Assembly (NCBI GenBank): GCA_937918935.1 | Contig: CAKZSI010000050.1 | Coordinates: 2,736 to 66,735 of the forward strand | Reading direction: 5' to 3' | From: an uncultured Chloroflexales bacterium | GTDB taxonomy: Bacteria; Chloroflexota; Chloroflexia; Chloroflexales; Chloroflexaceae | Length of the DNA stretch: 64,000 nt | Part shown: positions 1 through 8,924 of the stretch, one piece after another | Layout of the letters: each line of letters starts with the position of its first letter | Numbering within the stretch: position 1 is the first letter of the stretch | Position numbers and translations under genes: made by a program | The notes under the pieces: generated by a model | What the model was told of the DNA's origin: nothing | Databases searched by the model: none | The model's input: the letters and a program-made list of their open reading frames with translations, nothing else

Positions 1-831
1 GTGGCAATCTATCCCCGCGAAGGAACCTTCTGGCACGACAATCCCTTCATCATCCTCAGCAGCGCCAGCGATGCCGAACGCGAAGCGGCCAGGGCTTTCT
101 TCGACTTCCTGCTTGCCCCCGAGGCCCAGCAGGCGGCGATGAGCTACGGCTTCCGCCCCGCCAATCTCAACGTGCCCCTGGCCGACCCGATCAGTCCGGC
201 CTATGGCGTGGATCCCCAGGGGGTGCAGACCGTCCTCGAACTGCCCGGCGCTGACGTAATCGTGGCCGTCAAGAACGCCTGGGCGCTCAACCGCAAACGG
301 GCGGACATCATGCTGGTGGTTGACACCTCGGGGTCCATGGAAGGCGACAAACTAACCATGGTCAAGGCCGGTCTGGAAACCTTTTTGATACGTATTTTGC
401 CCGAAGATCGGCTCGGTTTAATTACCTTCAGTTCGAGCGCCCGCGTTGTGGCGCCGATGGCCGAGTTGAGCGAGAATCGCATTCCCCTGCAACGGGCCAT
501 CGGCGAGATGCGCGCCCAGGGCAAAACGGCGGTGTTCGACGCCCTTGAACTGGCCCGCGCGGAACTGGAGGCGCTGCCGCCGTCGGAGGATGATCGCATC
601 CGGGCGATCGTGTTGCTTTCCGATGGCGCGGATAATGCCAGTTCGATCCCTCTGGAGACGTTGCGTCAGCGCTTCGACGAGACGGGTATCAGCATTTTCC
701 CGGTGGCCTATGGCGCCGATGCCGATGTGCGCATTCTCGAACAGATCGCCGAGTTCTCGCGAACGATTGTTGTCAAAGGTGATACCGGCGATATCGCCCA
801 GATCTTCGAGAACCTCAGCCGCTACTTTTAG
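1..831 (+). CDS. VWA (von Willebrand factor A) domain protein, C-terminal part; the 5' end lies outside the window
   Basis: Open from base 1. MIDAS-type motif DTSGSMEGDKL is followed by LLSDGADN. The upstream part resembles a solute-binding-like domain. Confidence 0.8.
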   Translation: MAIYPREGTFWHDNPFIILSSASDAEREAARAFFDFLLAPEAQQAAMSYGFRPANLNVPLADPISPAYGVDPQGVQTVLELPGADVIVAVKNAWALNRKRADIMLVVDTSGSMEGDKLTMVKAGLETFLIRILPEDRLGLITFSSSARVVAPMAELSENRIPLQRAIGEMRAQGKTAVFDALELARAELEALPPSEDDRIRAIVLLSDGADNASSIPLETLRQRFDETGISIFPVAYGADADVRILEQIAEFSRTIVVKGDTGDIAQIFENLSRYF

Positions 832-884
832 GGGGTTTCGGAGGGGCGCAATCCTTTGAAAAACCCGCCCTCCCCTCCGGCCGG

Positions 885-913
885 GGCGTGGGAGAACCAG
901 CTTCCCCCACGCC
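885..913. repeat. REP-like palindrome copy
   Basis: GGCGTGGGAGAACCAGCTTCCCCCACGCC. The outer 8 bp are perfectly complementary. Downstream of the VWA gene. Confidence 0.7.
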
Positions 914-1061
914 CGTCCAACCGGCGGTTCCTCGCGCATCGTGCGGAGGGCGCAGCCCTCCGCGCCTCCTTTCAATGGTCAGGCAACGGGCCGCGCCGCG
1001 AAACCATATCCTGGCAGAACGAAGGATGAATCTTTTGTCAAGATGATCAGGACCACAGGGC

Positions 1062-1091
1062 TTGACAGGAGCCACACAGACTTTGTATGCT
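1062..1091 (+). promoter_or_regulatory. Candidate sigma70-like promoter for the downstream kinase gene
   Basis: TTGACA (1062-1067), an 18-nt spacer, then TATGCT (1086-1091), about 50 nt upstream of the ATG at 1140. Confidence 0.25.
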
Positions 1092-1139
1092 CCATGAGGT
1101 CGCAATCAAATAGACGATGATTATAGGCAGGGATTACTG

Positions 1140-2594
1140 ATGCGGGTCGTTCGCTTGGCTTTGCCCAGAAACCTGGCCCGCCAGGTCGTGCCCCTGGTGC
1201 TGCTGGTGGCTGGCTCGCTGACACTGGTGGCCCTCGGCGTATTGATCTTGCTTCCCACCAGCCTGATGGTCGGAGCATATCTCCTGCTTGGCGCGCTCGT
1301 GATAGGTATCGGGATCGCTGTCGTTCTGTACTGCCGTGCGCGCGTTGCAGCCTCGACGACCCTGATCGCCTACCTTGTCGTCGTCTTTCCATTGCTCAGC
1401 AGCCTGATTTTCGGGTTCGAGCATAACCCGTTGATCTACCTCTCGGCCCTGGGGGTGGCCTTTGCCGGTCTGCTGGCCGGTCCTCAAACCTTGCGAGCCG
1501 TGACGCCCACCGGTCTGGTTCTGGTATTGGCCCTGGTAATCGCCCCCGTGGTCGTTAGATCGACCGACGGGTCCCTGAGGGCGCGTATTGCTGCCGGGGT
1601 CGCTGTGGCAACCCTGCTGGCAGGGGTCGCGATGACTGCCTGGGTAGGCGTTCATCAGCGGCGGGGTCTGCTTGCCTGGAAGATTAAAATGACCGCTCGC
1701 TCCAGGCGTCGTGAGGAGGCTCTGCAGCGTGTGCAGGCCGACCTGGAGTCGGTGCTGCGTGAGCGCGACCACCTGCGTGACCGGCTCTACCAGCAGCAGC
1801 TCGAACTGGAAGCGGCCCGTGCCGCCGCTGAGGCCGCCGCGCGTGCCAGGGCGGGTTTCATTGCGACAATGAGCCACGAGTTGCGGACCCCGCTGAATAT
1901 CATCATCGGCTTCAGCACGGCGATGATTGAACACCCGGAAATCTACGAGGTTCAGACCCTGGCGCCGCCGATCGTGGCTGACCTGGCCGAGATCCGCCGG
2001 AGCGGCCAGCATCTGCTGCGCCTGATCAATGAGGTGCTCGATCTGGCCCAGGTTGAGGCGGGGCGCCTGGAGTTGAACCTCGCGCCCCTCCCGCTGGTGC
2101 CGGTGCTTGACGCGATGCTGCAGGCGGCCAGAGGGCTGCTGCAGAATCGACCCGTGCAATTGCGTCGCGAGTACGGCGGCGCCCTGCCCATGGTTGTCGC
2201 CGATGAAGTGCGGGTGCGCCAGGTGTTGCTCAACCTCCTTTCCAACGCCTGTAAGTTTACCCGCACGGGTGAAGTGGCGCTCGGCGCCTGCGCCAATAGC
2301 ATCGAGGTGACGATCTGGGTGCGTGATACGGGCATCGGCATCGCTGCAGCCGACCGGGAACGGATTTTCAACTATTTCGAGCAGGTTGACCGTGACGATG
2401 CCCGGCTGTACACCGGAACGGGCCTGGGTCTGGCGATCTCACGCTGGCTGGTTGAACTGCACGGCGGTCGAATCTGGCTGGAGAGCGAACTCGGCAAGGG
2501 AAGCACGTTCTTTATTACCTTGCCGCGTGTGCCGGCCCCCGGCGTTGGATTTGCCCGGCTGACTGCTGGCCCGGCGCATGGTGAGGGTGGCTGA
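1140..2594 (+). CDS. Membrane-bound sensor histidine kinase
   Basis: About 180 aa of hydrophobic N-terminal helices, a coiled coil, the H-box SHELRTPLN, and N/G boxes (LLSNACKFT, DTGIGI, GTGLGLAISR). Confidence 0.85.
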   Translation: MRVVRLALPRNLARQVVPLVLLVAGSLTLVALGVLILLPTSLMVGAYLLLGALVIGIGIAVVLYCRARVAASTTLIAYLVVVFPLLSSLIFGFEHNPLIYLSALGVAFAGLLAGPQTLRAVTPTGLVLVLALVIAPVVVRSTDGSLRARIAAGVAVATLLAGVAMTAWVGVHQRRGLLAWKIKMTARSRRREEALQRVQADLESVLRERDHLRDRLYQQQLELEAARAAAEAAARARAGFIATMSHELRTPLNIIIGFSTAMIEHPEIYEVQTLAPPIVADLAEIRRSGQHLLRLINEVLDLAQVEAGRLELNLAPLPLVPVLDAMLQAARGLLQNRPVQLRREYGGALPMVVADEVRVRQVLLNLLSNACKFTRTGEVALGACANSIEVTIWVRDTGIGIAAADRERIFNYFEQVDRDDARLYTGTGLGLAISRWLVELHGGRIWLESELGKGSTFFITLPRVPAPGVGFARLTAGPAHGEGG

Positions 2595-2780
2595 CTCCGC
2601 GACTCGGGCGCCCCTGACGCTCAACGGTCCGTGAGCGGAGGTTTCGTGCACGTCGCCGGATGGACCCACGTCCCGCTTGCTGGCCAGAGGCTGTGGCAGT
2701 TCACGGACCGCCCGAGCGGCGGTGTTGACTGCCAGCGCCACGCGGGTTACCCGGTGCTCGCAGGGTCAAGGAGTCGCGCT

Positions 2781-3251
2781 ATGGCTACGATCCTGCTGGT
2801 TGATGATATGTATACTGCACGATCACTGCTTGAGCGAGTCTTGCGCCTGGTTGGTCGTTATGAGGTCATAGCGGTTGGAAGCGGCGAGGAGGCGGTGCAG
2901 GCCGCCCGTGAGGCTGCCCCGGATCTGGTTGTGCTCGATGTGATGATGAGCAAGCTGGATGGCGTAGCGACCCTGCAAGCCCTCCGCGCGCTCGGGATTG
3001 CCTGCCCGGTACTGGCCTACACCGCGCGCTCGGAACAGTTTCCTGGGGAGTTTGTGACGCACGGTTTCAGCGCCTATTTGCAGAAGAACGGCGATCTCAG
3101 CAGTCTGCTTGCGATGGTGCGGGAGTTGCTCGGTAAGCCGGTCGTTACACTTTCTGACGACATACCGCAGAATGACCCCGGGACGGGCGCTTCTACGGCG
3201 CCTGGTGCGGCCGATGAAGACTTGCAGACGAAGGCGGTAGGCGGCGAGTAG
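2781..3251 (+). CDS. Single-domain (CheY-like) response regulator
   Basis: The receiver signature begins at MATILLVDD, then DLVVLDVMMSKLDG. The ATG at 2781 was chosen over the longer ORF starting at 2631. It sits directly downstream of the kinase. Confidence 0.8.
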   Translation: MATILLVDDMYTARSLLERVLRLVGRYEVIAVGSGEEAVQAAREAAPDLVVLDVMMSKLDGVATLQALRALGIACPVLAYTARSEQFPGEFVTHGFSAYLQKNGDLSSLLAMVRELLGKPVVTLSDDIPQNDPGTGASTAPGAADEDLQTKAVGGE

Positions 3252-3281
3252 CCCCTATCGTGATCTCCTGGAGGGTTGCCA

Positions 3282-4094
3282 TCAGCTTCCCTTCTGCACC
3301 ACAAAGACGATCTCGTTGGTGAATTCAAGCCTCTGCAGTCGCCATGCCGCGGCGGCGGCGATGGCGTGCATCTGTGCGGTATAGGTTGTCGCCATGCCAA
3401 CGTTGCGCCCGCCGAGGCTGCGTGTGGGAAACGACACGACCAGGTACGGCGCATTGATCATATGCAGCAGATCCCGCCCGGCGCCGCGGCGCGCGTGTTC
3501 CAGCAGGGGCAGGGTTTTGAGCAGCAGGGCCACGTCGGCGCGCCATGGGGGCAGCGCCCCCGTCAGGTCGCAGACGCCGCTTACACCGTTCAGGCCCAGC
3601 AGGGGCAGGGCCGCGCCGAGAAAGGCGCTCAGATCGGCATACAGATCGCAGGCCAGATAGGAAGCGCCGGGTACGAGCGGCATCCAGGGCGCCGCCAGGG
3701 GATTCAGCCCGCAGGCCAGGTCCATAACGCTGCGGACCGGTGGAAGGGCGGCGAAGATGGCCGGATAGAAGCGCTCCAGGTCGGGCAACCGCTCTCGGGT
3801 GGAGGCGTGCTGCTTCAACGCCTCCAGACAGATAGCGCGGATGCGTGCTGTATCGCCCGCAGCGTCGCGCAATGCGGTGAGCCAGGCCGAGTAGGGCGGC
3901 GTCCGTTCAAGAAACGCGCCGGCGATCTGGTGCAAGCGCCCTTTCGTGGCCTTGACCGCTGCTTTCAGCGAGCCTCGCGTCGCCAGTTCCTGTGCGCCAA
4001 TGGTGCGTACCACCGCTGGATGGAGAGCGCAATATTTGCCGCTTGCCAGCACGCGGGCAACGAGCCATTCAAGATCATCGGGCTCGCGGGCCAC
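3282..4094 (-). CDS. 16S rRNA (guanine1405-N7)-methyltransferase family protein (FmrO/Rmt/Arm-like)
   Basis: Collinear with my recollection of RmtB/ArmA: ASGKYCALHPAVVRTI, LHASTRERLPDLERFYPAIF, the SAM motif VMDLACGLNPLA, LLKTLPLLEHARRGAG, and VVSFPTRSLGGRNVGMATTY. GTG start at 4094. Confidence 0.75.
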   Translation of the reverse strand: MAREPDDLEWLVARVLASGKYCALHPAVVRTIGAQELATRGSLKAAVKATKGRLHQIAGAFLERTPPYSAWLTALRDAAGDTARIRAICLEALKQHASTRERLPDLERFYPAIFAALPPVRSVMDLACGLNPLAAPWMPLVPGASYLACDLYADLSAFLGAALPLLGLNGVSGVCDLTGALPPWRADVALLLKTLPLLEHARRGAGRDLLHMINAPYLVVSFPTRSLGGRNVGMATTYTAQMHAIAAAAAWRLQRLEFTNEIVFVVQKGS

Positions 4095-6276
4095 GTCGAT
4101 CCAGCTTTCCTGACATCGGTTCTATCGCTACCGGCAGAGTAAAGAAGAAGCTCGAACCCCGCCCCAGCTCGCTTTCGGCCCAGATGCGCCCACCGTGCAG
4201 TTCGACCAGGGCGCGGGTGATGCTCAATCCCAGGCCGGTACCGCCAATCCGGCGCGTATTGGTATTATCAACCCGGTAGAACCGTTCCCAGATCCGCGAC
4301 AGTTCTTCGGGCGCGATGCCGATCCCCTGATCGTGTACAGCCACAAGCACAAAGCGCCCCGGCGGATGGTCACCGGGCAGGTCGCTGCTCTGTGCCTCGC
4401 GCATCTCGAGCGTGATTTCCCCCCCTTTGGGACTGTACTTAATCGCGTTGGTGAGCAGGTTAAAGATGATCTGCTTCACCTTGTCACGATCAATGAACAC
4501 CGGCGGCAGAACCGGCGCGACGTCGAAGAGCAAGCGGTGGCGTTCGAGCTGGGTGTGGAGCTGGGTCGTGAGTTCAGCAACGATACCATGGAGTGACGTC
4601 ACCCACTGGTTCAGTTTGACCTTGCCTGCCTCCAGCCGTGAGAAGTTGAGCAGATCCTCGACCAGTTGCGACAGCCGGCCAGCCTCGTCATAGACCGTGC
4701 TGATGAACTGGCGGCGTTCCTCGCCGGTGAATTCGCGGTTGAGCAACAGCTCGGTGTACCCGAGGATCGAGGTGAGCGGTGTGCGTAATTCGTGCGAAAC
4801 GATCGAAACGAACTCATTCTTCAACCGCTCGGCCTCGCCTTCACGGGTTACATCGCTGATGGCCCAGAGGCGCCCGGTAATGCGGCGCTGGTTGTCGTGC
4901 GTGGGCGCCGAGAGGATCTGCAATTCCTGGGTCGGGTTCACCAGGTGCAAACGCAGGACACGGTTTTCGGTCGGGGAGTGCAGGCTGGCGGCGCAGAACT
5001 CGGTGAGACGCAGCGGGTCCTGCAGGCGTGGCAGCAGGGTTTCGACCAGATCGATGGGCACGTGGAAGGCGCTGCGCGAGTGCTCGCAGTCAATGCCAAG
5101 CAGAGCGTACCAGGCCGGATTGGCGCGCAACACCTTGCCATTGGCATCGAGCAGCGCCAGGCCAGTTGGCAGACTGGCGAACACCTGGCCGAGGTAGTTG
5201 GCGCTTTCCAGGGCGTTCTGGTAGTGAATGGCGCGATGCAGGGGCTGAGCCGCCCGTGCGCAGAGGGCGCGCATAAAGGCCAGTTCTTCTTCACCAAAGG
5301 CGTTAGAGCGTGAACTGTCGAGGATGATCACTGCGGCGGCCCGCCCTTCCACAAGGATAGGCGCGGCCAGTTCCGCGCGTGCGCCCGGCCCGGCAGGAGG
5401 CAGGTCGGGCTGCAGGGTGACATCGCGCACCAGCAGCGCGCGCCCCAGGCGCGCGGCGCGTCCCGCCAGCCCACGCTCCCAACTCAGACGTTGACGGTGA
5501 TGCGCCGGCCACTGGCGCCACTGCTCGTGTGGGTAACCCTCATAGACGTGGATGACCAGTTCGCCGGCATCGTGGTCAACCAGGGCTATCGCCCCGGCCT
5601 CGGCGCCGGTGTGTTCCAGGGCGTGGCGGAGGAGCAGGCTGAGAAGGTCGTGGACCCCGAGCATAGCTTCCAGACGCCGGTCAACTGCGGCGAGTTGCTG
5701 TTGCCGCAGGGGCGACAGGGTGAGGCCAGCGGGTGTTTCGCCGTCACTGGCGCCTGCGGGCGCCCCGACAAGCTGGTGTCCTTCGCGGGCCACGGCGATG
5801 GCCAGTTGTGGAGCCAGTGCGGCGACCAGCTCGCAGTGGGCCGGCTCGAACCGGTGGTTATGCTCAGCCCGGAACTCCAGCACGCCCCAGAGCCGTGGCC
5901 CCCAGCGGATGGGGATGCCCAGGTAGGCGGCCTGCACCGCCGGCAGATGCTCACCCGGCGCCGCGGCGTTGCTCACCACGATGGTACGGGCCTGAAACGT
6001 CTCGCCAAGGGCCACCCGGCGCATGAGTTCGTCGTCCCACGGATAGGGCCAGCCATCGAGCGAATAGAACTGCTGCCGCACCGTGCCCGGCATGGCCGAC
6101 TGGAGCCAGCATGTCAGCCGGGCATCGCGGAAGTGCAGTTCGGCGCGCAGCACCTCAAAGAGCCGATGCACCCGTTGCTGGAGGGGTTGCTCGGTGTGAA
6201 TACTGCGGGTCGCCTCGGCCAGAACGGCCAGGGCCTCGGTTGCACGGTCAGTGGGCAGGACCATAGCAGCCGCCAT
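4075..6276 (-). CDS. GAF-GAF-PAS sensor histidine kinase (soluble)
   Basis: 733 aa. H-box SHELRTPLTSILGYTELL. HATPase boxes LLTNAIKYSP, DQGIGI, GTGLGLSITR. No obvious TM segment. Confidence 0.85.
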   Translation of the reverse strand: MAAAMVLPTDRATEALAVLAEATRSIHTEQPLQQRVHRLFEVLRAELHFRDARLTCWLQSAMPGTVRQQFYSLDGWPYPWDDELMRRVALGETFQARTIVVSNAAAPGEHLPAVQAAYLGIPIRWGPRLWGVLEFRAEHNHRFEPAHCELVAALAPQLAIAVAREGHQLVGAPAGASDGETPAGLTLSPLRQQQLAAVDRRLEAMLGVHDLLSLLLRHALEHTGAEAGAIALVDHDAGELVIHVYEGYPHEQWRQWPAHHRQRLSWERGLAGRAARLGRALLVRDVTLQPDLPPAGPGARAELAAPILVEGRAAAVIILDSSRSNAFGEEELAFMRALCARAAQPLHRAIHYQNALESANYLGQVFASLPTGLALLDANGKVLRANPAWYALLGIDCEHSRSAFHVPIDLVETLLPRLQDPLRLTEFCAASLHSPTENRVLRLHLVNPTQELQILSAPTHDNQRRITGRLWAISDVTREGEAERLKNEFVSIVSHELRTPLTSILGYTELLLNREFTGEERRQFISTVYDEAGRLSQLVEDLLNFSRLEAGKVKLNQWVTSLHGIVAELTTQLHTQLERHRLLFDVAPVLPPVFIDRDKVKQIIFNLLTNAIKYSPKGGEITLEMREAQSSDLPGDHPPGRFVLVAVHDQGIGIAPEELSRIWERFYRVDNTNTRRIGGTGLGLSITRALVELHGGRIWAESELGRGSSFFFTLPVAIEPMSGKLDRRGPRAR

Positions 6277-6559
6277 TGCTGCTGCCGGGAGGCAGGCGTT
6301 TCCGCATCAAAACAGCAGCCCCTTCATTGTAGCGCCTGCCGCGTTCCTGTCAAAAAATCTGTCAGGTGCGACAATGATTGCCGTAGCCCCATGTCTGTGG
6401 CCACGTCTTTCGGGCAAGCCCCGGACTCCAGGTGGCGCCCTGGTTCTGGCGATATAGCTGCCAGAAGCAGGACACAATGATCCTGTCGGGCAGCATAGCC
6501 GTCCCAGACCCCGCTGCCGGAGACGGACGTTGCTCAGACCCTGAGCCATGGATCAGCCC

Positions 6560-6588
6560 TGTGCCAAATTTCAAAGACGCGGTATAAT
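6560..6588 (+). promoter_or_regulatory. Candidate promoter (perfect -10 TATAAT) for the epimerase gene
   Basis: TATAAT at 6583-6588, about 40 nt upstream of the ATG at 6630, which has an AAGGAGC Shine-Dalgarno. The -35 is weak. Confidence 0.3.
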
Positions 6589-6629
6589 GGGTCATCCAGC
6601 GATGGGCCGTTCTCAAGGAAGGAGCACGC

Positions 6630-7037
6630 ATGTTCACCCATGTTGACCATATCGGGTTTGCCGTCAATGACGTCGAAGAAGGGATTGCCTTCTACAGCCA
6701 GGCCTTCGGTCTGACGGATTGGGAGCGCATCAGCCTGCCGGATCGGCACATGGCCGTCGGGGTTGCCCGTCTGGGTGATACATTGCTGGAGTTGATCGCC
6801 CCCACTTCTGAGGAGGCGGCCTTCGCCAGGTTCCTGCGCGAGCGCGGGCCGGGGGTACATCATATTGCCTACCGGGTTGACGATATCCGCGCCGCCCTGG
6901 CTGAACTGGCTGCCCGTGGCGTGCCACTGATTGACAAGGAACCCCGACCAGGCATCCATAACACCTTGATAGCCTTCGTGCATCCAAAGGCGGGCGGGCA
7001 GGGCGTGCTCGTGGAACTCGTTCAGCACCAGCATTAG
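6630..7037 (+). CDS. mce: Methylmalonyl-CoA epimerase (VOC/glyoxalase fold)
   Basis: 135 aa. HIGFAVNDVEEGIAFY, LELIAP, GPGVHHIAYRVDDI and HPKAGGQGVLVELVQ are typical of the epimerase family. Confidence 0.85.
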   Translation: MFTHVDHIGFAVNDVEEGIAFYSQAFGLTDWERISLPDRHMAVGVARLGDTLLELIAPTSEEAAFARFLRERGPGVHHIAYRVDDIRAALAELAARGVPLIDKEPRPGIHNTLIAFVHPKAGGQGVLVELVQHQH

Positions 7038-7043
7038 TTCGCT

Positions 7044-8042
7044 ATGACCCATAACGAGCTTGAGGATCGCCGGCTGCTCTGCAGCATGAGTCTGGGGTAC
7101 ACCGCCTACTACGTGTGGTCGGTGCAGGCGAAACGCGAGCGCAAGTACAACATCGCCCGCCTGCTGAACGCCTTCAGCGCCGTCAAGCGAGTACGCGCCG
7201 AGCGGGCTCTCCGCGCGCTCGGCGAGGTGAGCAGTACTGCCAGGAACATCGAGCGCGCCCTCGCCGGTCTCGAACCGGAGGCGGTGGCGACCGGCCCCGT
7301 TACCGGCACGCAACCATTTTCACGCGAGTTGCTGAGCCGCGCGGCCCGCGCCCTGTCCGAGGGACGTGACCTGATGGCGGAGGAACTGGATGATCTCTAC
7401 GTCTGCAGCACCTGCGGCGAGTTAATGGAAGGTGCTCCGCTCGCCACCTGCCCGGTGTGCGGCACAGTCCGCGAAGGGTTCCTCAGCTTTCGCGCCGCCG
7501 AGGCGATGGGCGCCCTCGGTCCTACCACCCTGGTGCGGCGGCTGGAACAGACCCCCGAGACGCTGCAGGCTCTGGTGGCCGATCTGGACGACGAGATGCT
7601 CTCCTGGCCCGTGGGCGGGTATTCGCTCAAGGAACTGGTGGGCCACCTGACCGATATCGACATCGTCTTTCGCGAACGCGCCTGGCTCATTCTGGAGACG
7701 GACGACCCGCGCCTGCCTGGCGCCGATCCGCCCACCCTGGAGAAGGCCGCTGTCTACCGTACCTATCCGATTGCCGAGCTTCTGGAAGCCTTCACCAACA
7801 GTCGCCGGCAGACCCTCAACCTGCTGCGCGGGTTGACCCCCGCTGCCTGGCGTCGCACCGGCTACCACCCGGTTTTCGGCGTCATTCCACTGACCCATCA
7901 GGGGAACTGGGTGGTTGATCACGAACGCGGCTACCTGATCGAGATGGCGCAGATCCGCCACGAGTTGCTGCAGCGCCGCTTTGAACGGCGCTCCATTAGC
8001 ATCCCTGACAATCTGATCCCCGAGGTGCTGGAGGGGGAGTGA
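7044..8042 (+). CDS. Fusion protein: degenerate rubrerythrin-like helices, a Cys4 zinc ribbon and a DinB-like four-helix bundle
   Basis: CSTCGEL...CPVCG ribbon. The C-terminal half (LKELVGHLTDIDIVFRERAW, HERGYLIEMAQIRH) is DinB-like. Confidence 0.6.
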   Translation: MTHNELEDRRLLCSMSLGYTAYYVWSVQAKRERKYNIARLLNAFSAVKRVRAERALRALGEVSSTARNIERALAGLEPEAVATGPVTGTQPFSRELLSRAARALSEGRDLMAEELDDLYVCSTCGELMEGAPLATCPVCGTVREGFLSFRAAEAMGALGPTTLVRRLEQTPETLQALVADLDDEMLSWPVGGYSLKELVGHLTDIDIVFRERAWLILETDDPRLPGADPPTLEKAAVYRTYPIAELLEAFTNSRRQTLNLLRGLTPAAWRRTGYHPVFGVIPLTHQGNWVVDHERGYLIEMAQIRHELLQRRFERRSISIPDNLIPEVLEGE

Positions 8043-8765
8043 TCAAAGGTAGCTGCGGCCCAGGAGCTGGCGCAGGCGCTGGCGTAGCTCCAGGCGCGCG
8101 GTGCGCCCGATGAGGGCGACAAGGAAGAGCCCGATCAGTGCCAGAGGGCCGTAGCGTGGCCGTGTCAACGCCCGTAGGGCTGCGGGGTCGCGCAGGGGGA
8201 GGGGCGAGGCATCGCGTACTTCGACCTTTAAGTCGTCACCGTGCCATTCACGCTCCACCCAGAACAGATGGGGCATGCTGCGCTGGAAGAAATAGTAGGC
8301 CGGGTTGTACTCGTACAGATAGTCGAACAACTCGCCAAACGGCTCGTCCGGCTCCCTGGGGTGGAGCACCAGCGTATCATCTACCAGGTTCACGTACCAG
8401 CGATGGAACGACCAGTGAAACAGGCGCTCGGCGATTTCCGAGGGGCTCTGGATGTAGCCGGCCTTGCAGGTCCGGCGGAGTTCGCGAGCGAACTCCAGCG
8501 GGTCGTCCATATGCTCCAGAATGTGTGAGCAGATACTGTAGGCGAAGACCCCATCTTTGAAGGGCAGATGGTGGGCATCGGCCACGACGAATGGCCGGTC
8601 AACCACCAGATCGCCGCCCCGCTCGCGGTTATCGGCGCCGAGGAAGCGATCAACAAGCACATTGGCGCGCGGATGGGGATTATCGCCGCTGCCTACTTCG
8701 AGTACCAGCCCCTCACGCGGCGGGTTAAGTTTCTGACGCATGGCGGATACGTAGACGAGGTTCAC
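8043..8765 (-). CDS. Class I SAM-dependent methyltransferase with a C-terminal TM anchor
   Basis: Motif I VLEVGSGDNP, then HHLPFKDGVFAYSICSHILEHM, and a hydrophobic tail PLALIGLFLVALIG. Confidence 0.7.
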   Translation of the reverse strand: MNLVYVSAMRQKLNPPREGLVLEVGSGDNPHPRANVLVDRFLGADNRERGGDLVVDRPFVVADAHHLPFKDGVFAYSICSHILEHMDDPLEFARELRRTCKAGYIQSPSEIAERLFHWSFHRWYVNLVDDTLVLHPREPDEPFGELFDYLYEYNPAYYFFQRSMPHLFWVEREWHGDDLKVEVRDASPLPLRDPAALRALTRPRYGPLALIGLFLVALIGRTARLELRQRLRQLLGRSYL

Positions 8766-8924
8766 ATCTACGCCATAGTTGGGAGGGGCGCGGGGAGACG
8801 TGGCCTCTCCGCAATCACCTCGGTTACACCCGCGGCAAGCGGGCGCCCCGGATAAGCCGGGGTACGCCTGCCGTCGTGGGCGGAAGGCGCAGCCCTGCGC
8901 GCCTCTCCCGAACGGTAGCGCAAC

